A stretch of DNA of 64,000 bases from Candidatus Poribacteria bacterium (GTDB lineage: Bacteria; Poribacteria; WGA-4E; WGA-3G). Below, piece after piece: positions 47,220-57,040 of the stretch. The notes under the pieces were generated by a model. It had not been told where the DNA came from and did no database searches. It saw only the letters and a program-made list of their open reading frames with translations. Position 1 is the stretch's first letter. Each line of letters opens with the position of its first letter. The translations under genes were made by a program, and so were the position numbers. The stretch is from positions 320,001-384,000 of the forward strand of contig OZ219753.1 of the NCBI GenBank assembly GCA_964291315.2, read 5' to 3'.

Positions 47220-49793
47220 ATGAAAAAGCCCTCGCGCAAAGTGTGGCGGTTCCCAAATTCAGATTTTGATAAGAGTGTGATATTGGCATCGGAACTCGGA
47301 ATTTCTGTATTCACTGCTCGTCTTCTCACCAATCGTGGGATAAGAACGGCTGCTGAAGCGCGGAGTTACCTCTATCCGGCCTTTGATGAATTACACGATC
47401 CTTTTAAATTTGCCGATATGGAAAAAGCCGTTGACCGGATACACAAGGCGATTGAGCGCGGCGAAAAAATCTGTGTCTATGGCGATTACGACGCTGATGG
47501 CACGACGGCAACTGCCGTGCTGCTCAATACGTTCCGTCGACTCGATGTTCCTGCCGACTATTATATTCCCAATCGGTTTGGAGACGGTTATGGGCTGACT
47601 GAGGATACTGTCGGAAAAATACATCAAGAAAAAGCGACAAAATTGCTAATAACTGTGGACTGTGGTATCAAAGACGTTGGAGCGGTCACGTTAGCGAATC
47701 GGCTTGGTATGGATGTTGTTGTCACGGACCATCATCAACCAGAAGAAGAGCAGCCCCCTGCATATGCCTTGATTTCGCCAAAGGTACCTGGGGACGAGTA
47801 CCCTTTCCCCGAGCTTGCTGGCGTGGGTTTAGCCTTTAAATTGGCGCAGGCACTAATAGATGATAGGCCCTTTCTTGAGTCCCAACTGGATCTGGTGGCG
47901 TTGGGAACGGTTGTTGACATGGCACCGCTCACTGGGGAGAATCGAATTTTGAGTCGTTTGGGATTAGCAGAGTTGAACAAACGCGAGCGGCCGGGGATCC
48001 ATGCTTTGTGCGAAGCAGCAGGGCATGGGCTTGGCCAACCGCTTGATGGTTATAGTCTCTCTTTTAAGTTAGGACCCCGGATCAATGCTGCCGGGCGGAT
48101 GGACACCGCGGATAAGGTGGTTGAACTGCTCACTACCGATTCCGATGACATTGCGACTCGGATTGCACCGCTACTCAATAAAGCGAATCAAGAACGAAAA
48201 GAATTGGAACGTGAAATTCGGGATCAGGCAATTGAGATCATTGAAAACGAAATACAAGACGATACTGTTGGGATTGTTGTTGCCAGCGACAAGTGGAGCG
48301 AAAAGGCCCAAGGCATCGTTGGAATTGTGGCTTCTCGCTTGCTGCAACTCTACTACAAACCGGTCATCGTTCTCGCCATTAACGGTAAAGAAGCTACCGG
48401 ATCCGGACGATGTATTGCGGGGATGAATCTTGCTGACGCGCTTGTTGTTTCCACAAAATTATTGGTGAAGCACGGTGGACACGCGGCGGCGGCGGGGCTG
48501 ACAATTGAGACGAAGAACATCCGTGAATTTAAAAAAGCTTTCAACGAACATGCTCGCAACTATTTGACAGCGGACGCTTTGCAACCGAAACTTGACCTTG
48601 AGTTTGAAACACATCTTCCGTTTTTGACGTTAGAGGCCGTAAAGGAGTTTGAGCAATTTGAACCTTTTGGAAATAAGAATCCCAAGTTTATTTTTGGCGT
48701 GCGACATCTCAAGATTAGTGATGGTCCTAATTTGATGGGATCTGAGCAAAACCATGTGCAGATGACCGTGACGGATGGCATGATAAAGCGGCGTGCCATT
48801 GCATGGCGAGCTGGTAGCAGACGGCTTGATTTCATAGGTTCCAACTTATCGCTCGATCTTGCCTTTTCGCCGCAAATCAACGAATGGCGTGGGCATCAGT
48901 CCGTCCAACTCACTCTTGAGGATTGGCAGATACGTCCCGAAGGTAGAGAAGTGAAGTGGGATATGTTTCCAAAACGCGATAATAGGTCTTCTGTAAAGCT
49001 TATTGACAAACGGGGTACAAATAAGAGAAAGTACCTTTTAGATTTGCTCGCGAGAGAGGAATCCTGTATAATTTATGTACAGGACGCGGATATGTTGGAT
49101 ATCCTGTTCACACGACTTTTACCAGAGAGTATTGAAGACATTGCACGCCACGCTGGAACAACATTGAAGGTAGAAGAGGAATTGTTGGACCAACTCGGAA
49201 ATGGGGAGCTCCGCTCCATCGCCTCAAGTGATACGTTTTCGAACCTTAACAGGATTCCGTTTGTCAAACATTTCGTTTTTTGCCACTTGGCACCCAGCTT
49301 TGATGCATTTCTTAAACGCTGTGAGCCTGCTTTTGCTTCGTCTGATACCTCCTATTTGCATCTCATCTATGGAGATATAGATACAGTGCAAATGCGGAAT
49401 TGGATTGCTCGAAAGTATCCAACGGACGAAGTGTTACGGAGTTTGTATAGGGATATGCGAAAGAGTATTCAATTCAAGGGTGATGCAGGGTATTCCGAAG
49501 CAGAGATTCTTGATGGCAGATTTGGTGCAAAGTTAACTGTTCAGACTGGGCTCAATATCTTTGAGGAATTGCACTATATCGAGCGGCATGGCGGCCCAGA
49601 AAACAGGAGCGTCAAACTCCTTCCGGCGAAGAAAAGCGGCTTGTCCTATTCTCCAACATATCTGAAAGGTGAGTGGGTTAAACAGACGAGTCCGTCTTTT
49701 ATTCAGTTTCAACTAAAGGGAAACCTTGAATCTATGTGGGAGTGGATAAAAAATGAGTCTCAAATCGTTAATCAATCAGATTCAAGTATATAA
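47220..49793 (+). CDS. recJ: ssDNA-specific exonuclease RecJ with a long C-terminal extension
   Basis: YGDYDADG, TVDCG, TDHH, PRINAAGR, GGHAAAAG, EPFGNKNP; ATG 47220 follows GGAG. Confidence 0.95.
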   Translation: MKKPSRKVWRFPNSDFDKSVILASELGISVFTARLLTNRGIRTAAEARSYLYPAFDELHDPFKFADMEKAVDRIHKAIERGEKICVYGDYDADGTTATAVLLNTFRRLDVPADYYIPNRFGDGYGLTEDTVGKIHQEKATKLLITVDCGIKDVGAVTLANRLGMDVVVTDHHQPEEEQPPAYALISPKVPGDEYPFPELAGVGLAFKLAQALIDDRPFLESQLDLVALGTVVDMAPLTGENRILSRLGLAELNKRERPGIHALCEAAGHGLGQPLDGYSLSFKLGPRINAAGRMDTADKVVELLTTDSDDIATRIAPLLNKANQERKELEREIRDQAIEIIENEIQDDTVGIVVASDKWSEKAQGIVGIVASRLLQLYYKPVIVLAINGKEATGSGRCIAGMNLADALVVSTKLLVKHGGHAAAAGLTIETKNIREFKKAFNEHARNYLTADALQPKLDLEFETHLPFLTLEAVKEFEQFEPFGNKNPKFIFGVRHLKISDGPNLMGSEQNHVQMTVTDGMIKRRAIAWRAGSRRLDFIGSNLSLDLAFSPQINEWRGHQSVQLTLEDWQIRPEGREVKWDMFPKRDNRSSVKLIDKRGTNKRKYLLDLLAREESCIIYVQDADMLDILFTRLLPESIEDIARHAGTTLKVEEELLDQLGNGELRSIASSDTFSNLNRIPFVKHFVFCHLAPSFDAFLKRCEPAFASSDTSYLHLIYGDIDTVQMRNWIARKYPTDEVLRSLYRDMRKSIQFKGDAGYSEAEILDGRFGAKLTVQTGLNIFEELHYIERHGGPENRSVKLLPAKKSGLSYSPTYLKGEWVKQTSPSFIQFQLKGNLESMWEWIKNESQIVNQSDSSI

Positions 49794-51953
49794 TCCAGAC
49801 GCGGAAGTTGAACTTCTAGAGCGATGCTACCGCTTTGCCGAAATGCGCATAAGGGTCAAATGCGCAAGTCTGGGGAAGACTATTTTACGCATTGCGTCAA
49901 AACTGCTGAGGTACTAGCTGAGTTGCGTCTGGATACCCATACAATCTGTGCCGGGCTTATGCACGATGTACTTGAAGATACGAGTGTTACTCGTAAAGAG
50001 ATGCAGGTTGGGTTCGGGGCTAACATCGCTAATCTCGTTGAAGGTGTTACAAAGATTGGTCAGTACAGGCCGAATGTTTCTGTCCGGCCACCTACAAGGA
50101 TAGGCACGGTTGAGGCCCGCGTCCATCGGCAACGCCAAGCGGAAACTTATCGGAAGCTCCTCTTAGCAACAGCGGAAGACATACGGGTCATACTGATTAA
50201 ACTTGCAGACCGACTCCATAACATGGAGACGTTGAAATTTCTTTCTCTCGAGAAGTCTCAGCGTATTGCAAAAGAGACATTGGAGATTTACGGTCCGATT
50301 GCGCATCGGCTGGGAATTTGGAGTATTATGAGTCGTCTTGAAGACTTGGCGTTCAAACATCTTCATCCGAATGAATATCGAAAGATAGCGGAACTTTTGA
50401 ATCAGAAGCTTGTTGAGCGTGAAGCCTATTGTGAGAAGATGGTTAAGGCGATTGGTCAGGAGCTTGAAAAGCGGGATGTTTTTGCTGATGTCCACGGGAG
50501 GACGAAGCATATTTATAGTATCTACCAAAAGATGCAACAGAAGCGGACCCCGTTCAGTGAAATCCGGGACCTAATTGGCCTCCGAATACTTGTTAAAACC
50601 GAAGCTAGTTGCTATCTTGCGCTTGGGGCCCTTCATAACAAATGGAATTACCATCCCGACAGGCTCCGGGACTGGATCGGTAGGCCTAAGAAAAATGGTT
50701 ATCAGTCAATCCATACTACGATCCTCGATGATGGTAAACCTGTTGAGGTTCAGATTCGCACGTATCAGATGCACAAAGTTGCTGAAGATGGTATCGCCGC
50801 ACATTGGAGTTACAAAGAGGGGGTGCCTATAAGCAAACAGGGACGTTCTATTTTTGCTAGTTATAAACAGATACTTGAGGGCATACAGGAAATTCGAGAT
50901 AGTCCGCACCAGTTTGTGACCTCAATGAAACTGGAACTTTTTCAAGATGAGGTATATGTCTTTTCTCCGAAGGGAGATTTGTTTACCCTACCTGCTGGTG
51001 CCACCGTAATCGATTTTGCCTATAAAATCCATACTGATGTTGGGCATACGTGTGTTGGGTCAGAGGTAAACGGGATGGTTGCTCCGATTCGACGCGTGCT
51101 TCAAAACGGAGATCAAGTTAAGATTCGGACTCAAGCGAGCGGCAAACCTAGTAGAGGTTGGCTGCGTTATGTCAAAACTGCTACGGCGCGGAGTAAGATT
51201 GAACACTGGTTCCGCGAGAAGGATAGGGCGGCTTACCTAGAATTAGGGAAGAAATTCCTCGCAGCAGAGTTGCGGGTCTCTTATCTTAACGCCCGTGATT
51301 ATCTTAATTCTCCGAAGCTCTTAGATGCTGCCAAACAACTTAAACTCAAAAGCCTGGATGAGCTTTTCGTCCGGATCGGTAAAGGCAATGAATCTGCTAC
51401 CTATGTCGTTAATTTGTTGAGGCCTAAGGTACCGGGATCTGAAACCGCGAAAGAAGTTGCTGCATCACGGAAAACCGCATCATCCCCGGCTATCCAACTT
51501 GAAAATGATCTCGATTTAGGTATGATGCGGATTATGAAGTGCTGTAATCCGATACCGGGTGATCAAGTTGTGGGTTACCTCACTCGCGGGCGTGGGGTTT
51601 CTGTGCATAGAGCTGGCTGTATCCGCATCCTTGATGAACCGGAGCGCCTTTTATCTGTTAAATGGCCCGAAAAATCTTGCTCCGAGAATGGCAACCGTCC
51701 GCCTGATATCTATCCGGTTAAAATTTTGGTCAAGTGCAGTGATCGACCGGGCATGCTCGGTGAAATCACCACGGCTATTGCACATTATAAGGTAAACATC
51801 CGCGCTGGAACTTTCCAACCGGCTACCGAACGGCTCGATGATACAGCCGCCGACTATCTTACAATAGATGTAACAGGTGCTGAGCAACTTGAGAAAGTCA
51901 TGCAGGCAATTCGTCGTTTAAAAGGTGTAGAACGCGTCGGTCGTAAATTCTAA
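49753..51953 (+). CDS. relA: Bifunctional (p)ppGpp synthetase/hydrolase RelA/SpoT; apparent single-base frameshift at 49841-49843
   Basis: ATG 49753 MSLKSLINQIQVYNP...CYRFAE joins AHKGQMRKSGE if one A is added; HD motif, KLADRLHNM, GYQSIHT, EVQIRT, TGS and ACT domains. Confidence 0.93.
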
Positions 51954-52000
51954 TCGATTTTGTGCAGTTGGTGCGCTTTTACCGATGATATTTATTTTTA

Positions 52001-52210
52001 TTAGACTGCGGGCATCTTTGATATAACCTTGCTAACTTTTCCACTCCGTATACATTTGGTACAGACACGGATGCGCTTCGTTCCTTCTTCGGTTTGAACT
52101 CGAACCCGTTGTAGATTCGGTAGCCAACGGCGTTTTGTATGCCGAATCGACTTACTGATCTGGTGTCCTGTTACTGGGCGTTTGCCGCAGAGCGTGCAGA
52201 TACGTGACAT
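52001..52210 (-). CDS. rpmB: 50S ribosomal protein L28 (Cys-containing form)
   Basis: MSRICTLCGK...TKRRWLPNLQ...RVCTKCIRSGKV. Confidence 0.95.
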   Translation of the reverse strand: MSRICTLCGKRPVTGHQISKSIRHTKRRWLPNLQRVRVQTEEGTKRIRVCTKCIRSGKVSKVISKMPAV

Positions 52211-52659
52211 CTATAGGTCTCCTCTCTTCTTTTTACTCATTGCTTTTCTTAAAGGTAGATATTAATAATAACACAGTTAGAGACAAAATGCAATTTTTTC
52301 TTTGTTCCGTGGGTGTGTAAAGTTTTTGATGCCCCTTGATGAAAACCTCTACTTTATAGCATAGATTTTTAGGTTGTGTGTAATATTTCTACCTTTTGTA
52401 AATCTTTATAATCTTGTGAGTCTTAATCCTAACAAATCATCACACAATTGGCATACCAATCATATCCTATCAGATAGGTCGGTTCGCCATAGAAACGTCT
52501 TGATTGCTGACTGCCGATCACCAATTGCTCAAAATAGATGTGACTTTTTTGCGAGAATCTGGTATACTAATATTGCTGCTCTAAGACTTACTCACCCATT
52601 TTTCAAACAGAGAAGGACAATTTCCGTTTTCTTAAGCATATCGCATTAAAACAGAGAAC

Positions 52660-53949
52660 ATGAAAATTGCTTATATTACTGCAGGGGCTGCTGGCATGTA
52701 CTGCGGCACTTGTATACACGACAACACGATAGCCACGGTTCTGAAGAAACAGGGGCACAACATTGCACTCATTCCTACCTATACCCCGACCCGAACAGAT
52801 GAGACAAACGTGAGTCTTGATAGGGTGTTTTTTGGAGGCGTTAACGTCTATCTGCAACAGAAGCTCTCTATTTTTAGGCACACCCCATGGTCATTCGACA
52901 GACTACTTGATAATCCAACACTCCTGAGTAGACTAGCGAGATTCAGTAGTTCAACGGATGCTCGGGATCTTGGTCAACTGACGGTATCTATGCTCCGGGC
53001 TGAGCAAGGAAATCAAAAAAAGGAGTTGGCGAAATTAGTTAAATGGCTTGTGGAGGAGAATAGACCCAATATCGTCTACCTCACCAATTCCATGCTGGTT
53101 GGTTTCACAAGAGAGATTAAAAAGGCATTGGATATTCCGGTTATTTGTGCCCTCCAAGGCGAGGACATTTTCCTACAAGACCTCATTGAGCCCTACAAAA
53201 CAGAGGCGTTAGCTCTTCTCAGAGAACGAGCTGCTGATGCAGACGGTTTTGTTGCACCTTGTCACTACTACGCGCAGTTCATGGCAGATACCTACCTTGG
53301 TCTATCTGTTGATAAAATTCATGTAGTTCCGCTTGGGTTAAATATGGATGGACACGGTGTACTTGTCGAAAAAGCTGAGCCTCCGCCCTTTATTATTGGC
53401 TATTTGGCGCGCATCTGCCCTGAAAAAGGGCTCCATATTTTAGTAGATGCTTTCCGTATAGTAGCAGAAGCGTTCGGTGCTAATAACGTCCGGCTGCACG
53501 TTGCCGGCTATTTGGGAAAAAGAGATGAACCGTATCTTGAGGAGCTTGTGAACCAGATTCAAGGTTGGGGATTATCAGACAGTTTTGTGTATTATGGGGA
53601 GGTGACACGCTCTGAAAAGATTGATTTTCTCAATCGTCTTCACGTCTTTTCAGTTCCCACCGTTTACCGTGAGTCTAAAGGTTTATCTATCATAGAGGCG
53701 CTTGCTAACGGGGTGCCAGTGATTCAACCTCTGCATGGGGCATTTCCAGAGATAATTAAGGCGACTGAGGGCGGGGTTCTTGTTGAAACTGAATCGCCTG
53801 AAGCAGTGGCATCAAGTATAGCGGAGCTCATTAGAGATACAGACCGGCGTGAGCGTCTCGGAAAGATAGGGAAAATCAATGTGCATCAGAAGTTTAACGA
53901 TAGAGCTGTTGCTGAGCAACTGTTGCAGGTGTTCGGAAACTATATCTAA
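52660..53949 (+). CDS. Glycosyltransferase family 4
   Basis: GYLARICPEKG, ESKGLSIIEALANGVPV; N-terminal MYCGTC. Confidence 0.9.
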   Translation: MKIAYITAGAAGMYCGTCIHDNTIATVLKKQGHNIALIPTYTPTRTDETNVSLDRVFFGGVNVYLQQKLSIFRHTPWSFDRLLDNPTLLSRLARFSSSTDARDLGQLTVSMLRAEQGNQKKELAKLVKWLVEENRPNIVYLTNSMLVGFTREIKKALDIPVICALQGEDIFLQDLIEPYKTEALALLRERAADADGFVAPCHYYAQFMADTYLGLSVDKIHVVPLGLNMDGHGVLVEKAEPPPFIIGYLARICPEKGLHILVDAFRIVAEAFGANNVRLHVAGYLGKRDEPYLEELVNQIQGWGLSDSFVYYGEVTRSEKIDFLNRLHVFSVPTVYRESKGLSIIEALANGVPVIQPLHGAFPEIIKATEGGVLVETESPEAVASSIAELIRDTDRRERLGKIGKINVHQKFNDRAVAEQLLQVFGNYI

Positions 53950-54024
53950 AACTATATCTAATAATTTGAAACTATAGGCGCGCTCTGAAAGCGGACTTGC
54001 CAAAAAATCGGAGAGGAACGAATT

Positions 54025-54501
54025 ATGGCTAAAACATGGCTAATTTTTGTTTTTGTAACCTTCTCATCGTGGGGGCTTTACGGTGTCTTTCTACATCAGG
54101 GACAGGTCGCGATGGCGGATCCTGTGCATGGACGTTACAAAGCCTTTCTCTTTGTAGGGCTTGCTTATCTTCTGGCAGCAGTCGTCGGTTCTGTCCTGAT
54201 GCTCATTCTCAATGGTTCTAATTGGGATTTTACAGGCAAAGGTATCTTTTGGTCGTTTGTGGCCGGCCTTGTTGGTGCTGTCGGTGCATTTGGGGTCTTG
54301 CTCGCTTTTGGTGCTGGTGGTAGACCTGCAGTTGTGATGTCGATTGTTTTCGCAGGTGCGCCTATTGTGAATGCTATTGTTGCGACGATAGCGCATCCGC
54401 CTGCAGGAGGATGGAGCGCTGTCCGTTGGCAATTTATCGTAGGTATCTTACTCGCTGCGCTCGGCGGGTGCTTAGTCATGCTCTATAGGCCTGCCTCATA
54501 A
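54025..54501 (+). CDS. Small 5-TM membrane protein (DMT/EamA-like)
   Basis: Five hydrophobic helices, WGLYG, VFAGAPIVN. Confidence 0.75.
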   Translation: MAKTWLIFVFVTFSSWGLYGVFLHQGQVAMADPVHGRYKAFLFVGLAYLLAAVVGSVLMLILNGSNWDFTGKGIFWSFVAGLVGAVGAFGVLLAFGAGGRPAVVMSIVFAGAPIVNAIVATIAHPPAGGWSAVRWQFIVGILLAALGGCLVMLYRPAS

Positions 54502-54643
54502 CATCTCTAGCGGAGCGCGTGATCTTGTGACGTTGCTTCTTAGGCTCAACAAACAGCGTCTGCCTCGTCTTCACTATTTTTCTCCACTTTTTACTATCCT
54601 TTTGATGCTGCATGTCTCTAATAGGCAAGAAGGGGGCACTTTC

Positions 54644-55258
54644 ATGCCTATAAGTGAAACTGGCAGTTCAATATTGCAAAACCGAGAAGTAACCGAACTA
54701 AGTGATGCTGAATTGGTTGTCGCGGCACTTGGAGGTAATACACAAGCGTTTGACGTACTAGTTAACCGCTATAGACGTGCTATGCTGACGGTTGCGCAGC
54801 GGATTGTGCGAAATCCTGCCGATGCAGAAGATGTCGTACAGGACGCGTTCTTACGTTCTTTTGAGGCGCTCCCGCAACTCTCCGATCTGAACCGGTTTGG
54901 GGCGTGGCTCCACTCGATTACCCGAAATCGTGCTTTGCGTTACTATAAAAATACTAGCCGCTATCAGCCGGAGGAAGATGTCGAGCTTCACTTAAATAGG
55001 GACTCGGATACATCACAAGCGGATCCTGCTTACATTGTGGAGCAAGAACTCACGCAGCAAGCGGTTAGAGACACTATAAAATCCCTTCCTGACGATTATC
55101 AGGAGGTTATTCAACTCTACTATTGGGCGGAGATGCCCCAGAAACGGATCGCTGAATTTTTATCTATTCCGTTGTCGACCGTAAAATGGCGGCTCTACAA
55201 AGCGAAGGAGCTTCTAAAAACACTGTTGGAAAAGCGTGGGTACGGAACAGATATGTGA
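54644..55258 (+). CDS. ECF sigma-70 factor
   Basis: DAEDVVQDAF, FGAWLHSITRN (region 2); IAEFLSIPLSTVKWRLYKA (region 4). Confidence 0.92.
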   Translation: MPISETGSSILQNREVTELSDAELVVAALGGNTQAFDVLVNRYRRAMLTVAQRIVRNPADAEDVVQDAFLRSFEALPQLSDLNRFGAWLHSITRNRALRYYKNTSRYQPEEDVELHLNRDSDTSQADPAYIVEQELTQQAVRDTIKSLPDDYQEVIQLYYWAEMPQKRIAEFLSIPLSTVKWRLYKAKELLKTLLEKRGYGTDM

Positions 55259-55293
55259 CAATCTTTCCTTTCCACCGCTAGAGAGGTGAAATT

Positions 55294-56697
55294 ATGGAAC
55301 AACCGAAACATAACGAACTGAAAGCGCTTTTTTGCATGCTTGAGCACACTGCAAAAATTGCAGAGGATGCAGCATTGACAAACACTTTTAGTAGTGGTGA
55401 AAAGCGATGCATCTCCCAATTCAATAACGTCCTCAAACGCCTGAACGCCTTGAGTGCCGTGCCTGATGCTCTTTTTGAAGAGCTGGGTGCCGATGCGTCT
55501 TTTGGTCAAATTGCGATTGCCTGCCATCAGCTTGCTGCATACCTCAACGAAGGGATGGACACTACTTCCGATTTTAAGGAATGGTTTACTAGTTTTTTCG
55601 GAAAAAGGTTCATAGAAAACCTAACAGAGGAGATATCGGATAAACCGTTCGGGGACTTGATCCGGAAAGCGGTTCCAGATTTCTTAACGGAGACCACGCT
55701 TGAAGACATAACCGGGGTATTTCCTGTCGCGCTTGGTGGAAAATTACTTCTTAACACCAGCTTCGGGGGAGTCCACGTACAGAGTGCTGAGACCGACACT
55801 GTTTCTGTATGTGTGGAACGTTCTGCCCAGTTGAAAGCGGATCGGCGCGCTGCAGAAATCCTCAAGAACTTTGATGTACAGATGACCCATGAAGTCTCTG
55901 ATGTTCGGATCGAAGCAAAATTCAGGGGATCCGAAAAACAGTGGAAAAGATCGAGAGAACGTTTGGATATTCAGTTTCGTATCGTTGTACCTCGACACTA
56001 CTCTCTTGATTTGAAAACATCCGGTGATGACATTTCTGTTATAGATATAACTGGAGACGTGAACGCCCAAGCAGCCGGGAGCGGCATCCGTTTTCAAAAT
56101 ATAACAGGACATATTGGTGTGAAAACATCAGGGGGGAATATTGACCTCAGGACGTTCAATGGTGATGCCGATCTTCAAACCAGTGGCGGTAGTATAATGC
56201 TTGAGGCAGGGACTGGTGATGTCAAGGCCCAAACCTCTGGCGGGAATCTCCAATTCTCCAATGTCACAGGGGTTGTTAATGGAAGAACTTCAGGCGGTAA
56301 TATCACGCTACGTCGCTGCAAAGGGGGGGCAGACGTAAAAACTGCTGGGGGCAATATTGAGATAGAAAACGACGGTCCCGTCTTGGCGAGAACAACAGGC
56401 GGTTCCATCCGTTGCCAACTTCAAAAGCCGTCTACAAGCCAGAGCTTGCTACTGGATTTGGAGACGATGGGCGGCGGAATGAATATCTCGCTTGTTCCGG
56501 ATATTGCGGCGACAGTCGAGGCGAAGGTGCTCGGCGGGGCAGTAACAACAGAATTACCGGTGACAGTCGAGGCAGGGCCTGTCAGACCTAATGAGTTGCG
56601 CGGAGCTATCAATGGCGGAGGCCCGCTTCTCAAACTCCGTTCGGTTGGCGGAAATATCATCCTTAAAAAGAGAGAAGAGGACACCGTCGCGGTATAG
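55294..56697 (+). CDS. DUF4097 family beta-strand repeat protein with an N-terminal helical domain
   Basis: Repeated TSGGNI units; C-terminal GAINGGGPLLKLRSVGGNI. Confidence 0.85.
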   Translation: MEQPKHNELKALFCMLEHTAKIAEDAALTNTFSSGEKRCISQFNNVLKRLNALSAVPDALFEELGADASFGQIAIACHQLAAYLNEGMDTTSDFKEWFTSFFGKRFIENLTEEISDKPFGDLIRKAVPDFLTETTLEDITGVFPVALGGKLLLNTSFGGVHVQSAETDTVSVCVERSAQLKADRRAAEILKNFDVQMTHEVSDVRIEAKFRGSEKQWKRSRERLDIQFRIVVPRHYSLDLKTSGDDISVIDITGDVNAQAAGSGIRFQNITGHIGVKTSGGNIDLRTFNGDADLQTSGGSIMLEAGTGDVKAQTSGGNLQFSNVTGVVNGRTSGGNITLRRCKGGADVKTAGGNIEIENDGPVLARTTGGSIRCQLQKPSTSQSLLLDLETMGGGMNISLVPDIAATVEAKVLGGAVTTELPVTVEAGPVRPNELRGAINGGGPLLKLRSVGGNIILKKREEDTVAV

Positions 56698-56832
56698 TGT
56701 GCCCGGAAACAACCGCTCCAAAATAGAGATAAAACGCTTCGTCTTGTTTCATCGAAACTTGCGAAACCTAATTGAGGCAGTCGCTCCCTTGGAACACCAA
56801 CAATCCGGAGCTGCTGACTGCTAACCCCTTAA

Positions 56833-56874
56833 AAAATTCTGGGGGTGGAATACATATTCCACCCCCAGAATTTT
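56833..56874. terminator. Perfect 20-bp-arm hairpin, probably a bidirectional terminator
   Basis: AAAATTCTGGGGGTGGAATA-CA-TATTCCACCCCCAGAATTTT. Confidence 0.8.
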
Positions 56875-57040
56875 GTTGATTTGTTGATAACAGCGAATTC
56901 GCCGGTCTTGCTCTCATGCCGTAGGATGTTGAACCTTGTGTTGTTTAGCTCGAGCTGCGTTATCTAGGTAATATCGACATGCCTCTAACAGTCCTGCTTT
57001 TCTTGTTGCTCTCCGTTCCGAGTTCTGCTATTATATGCGT

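Noticed and set aside
49824-49845. Programmed frameshift in relA
   Set aside because: There is no slippery heptamer or stimulatory structure; a one-base consensus error is more parsimonious.
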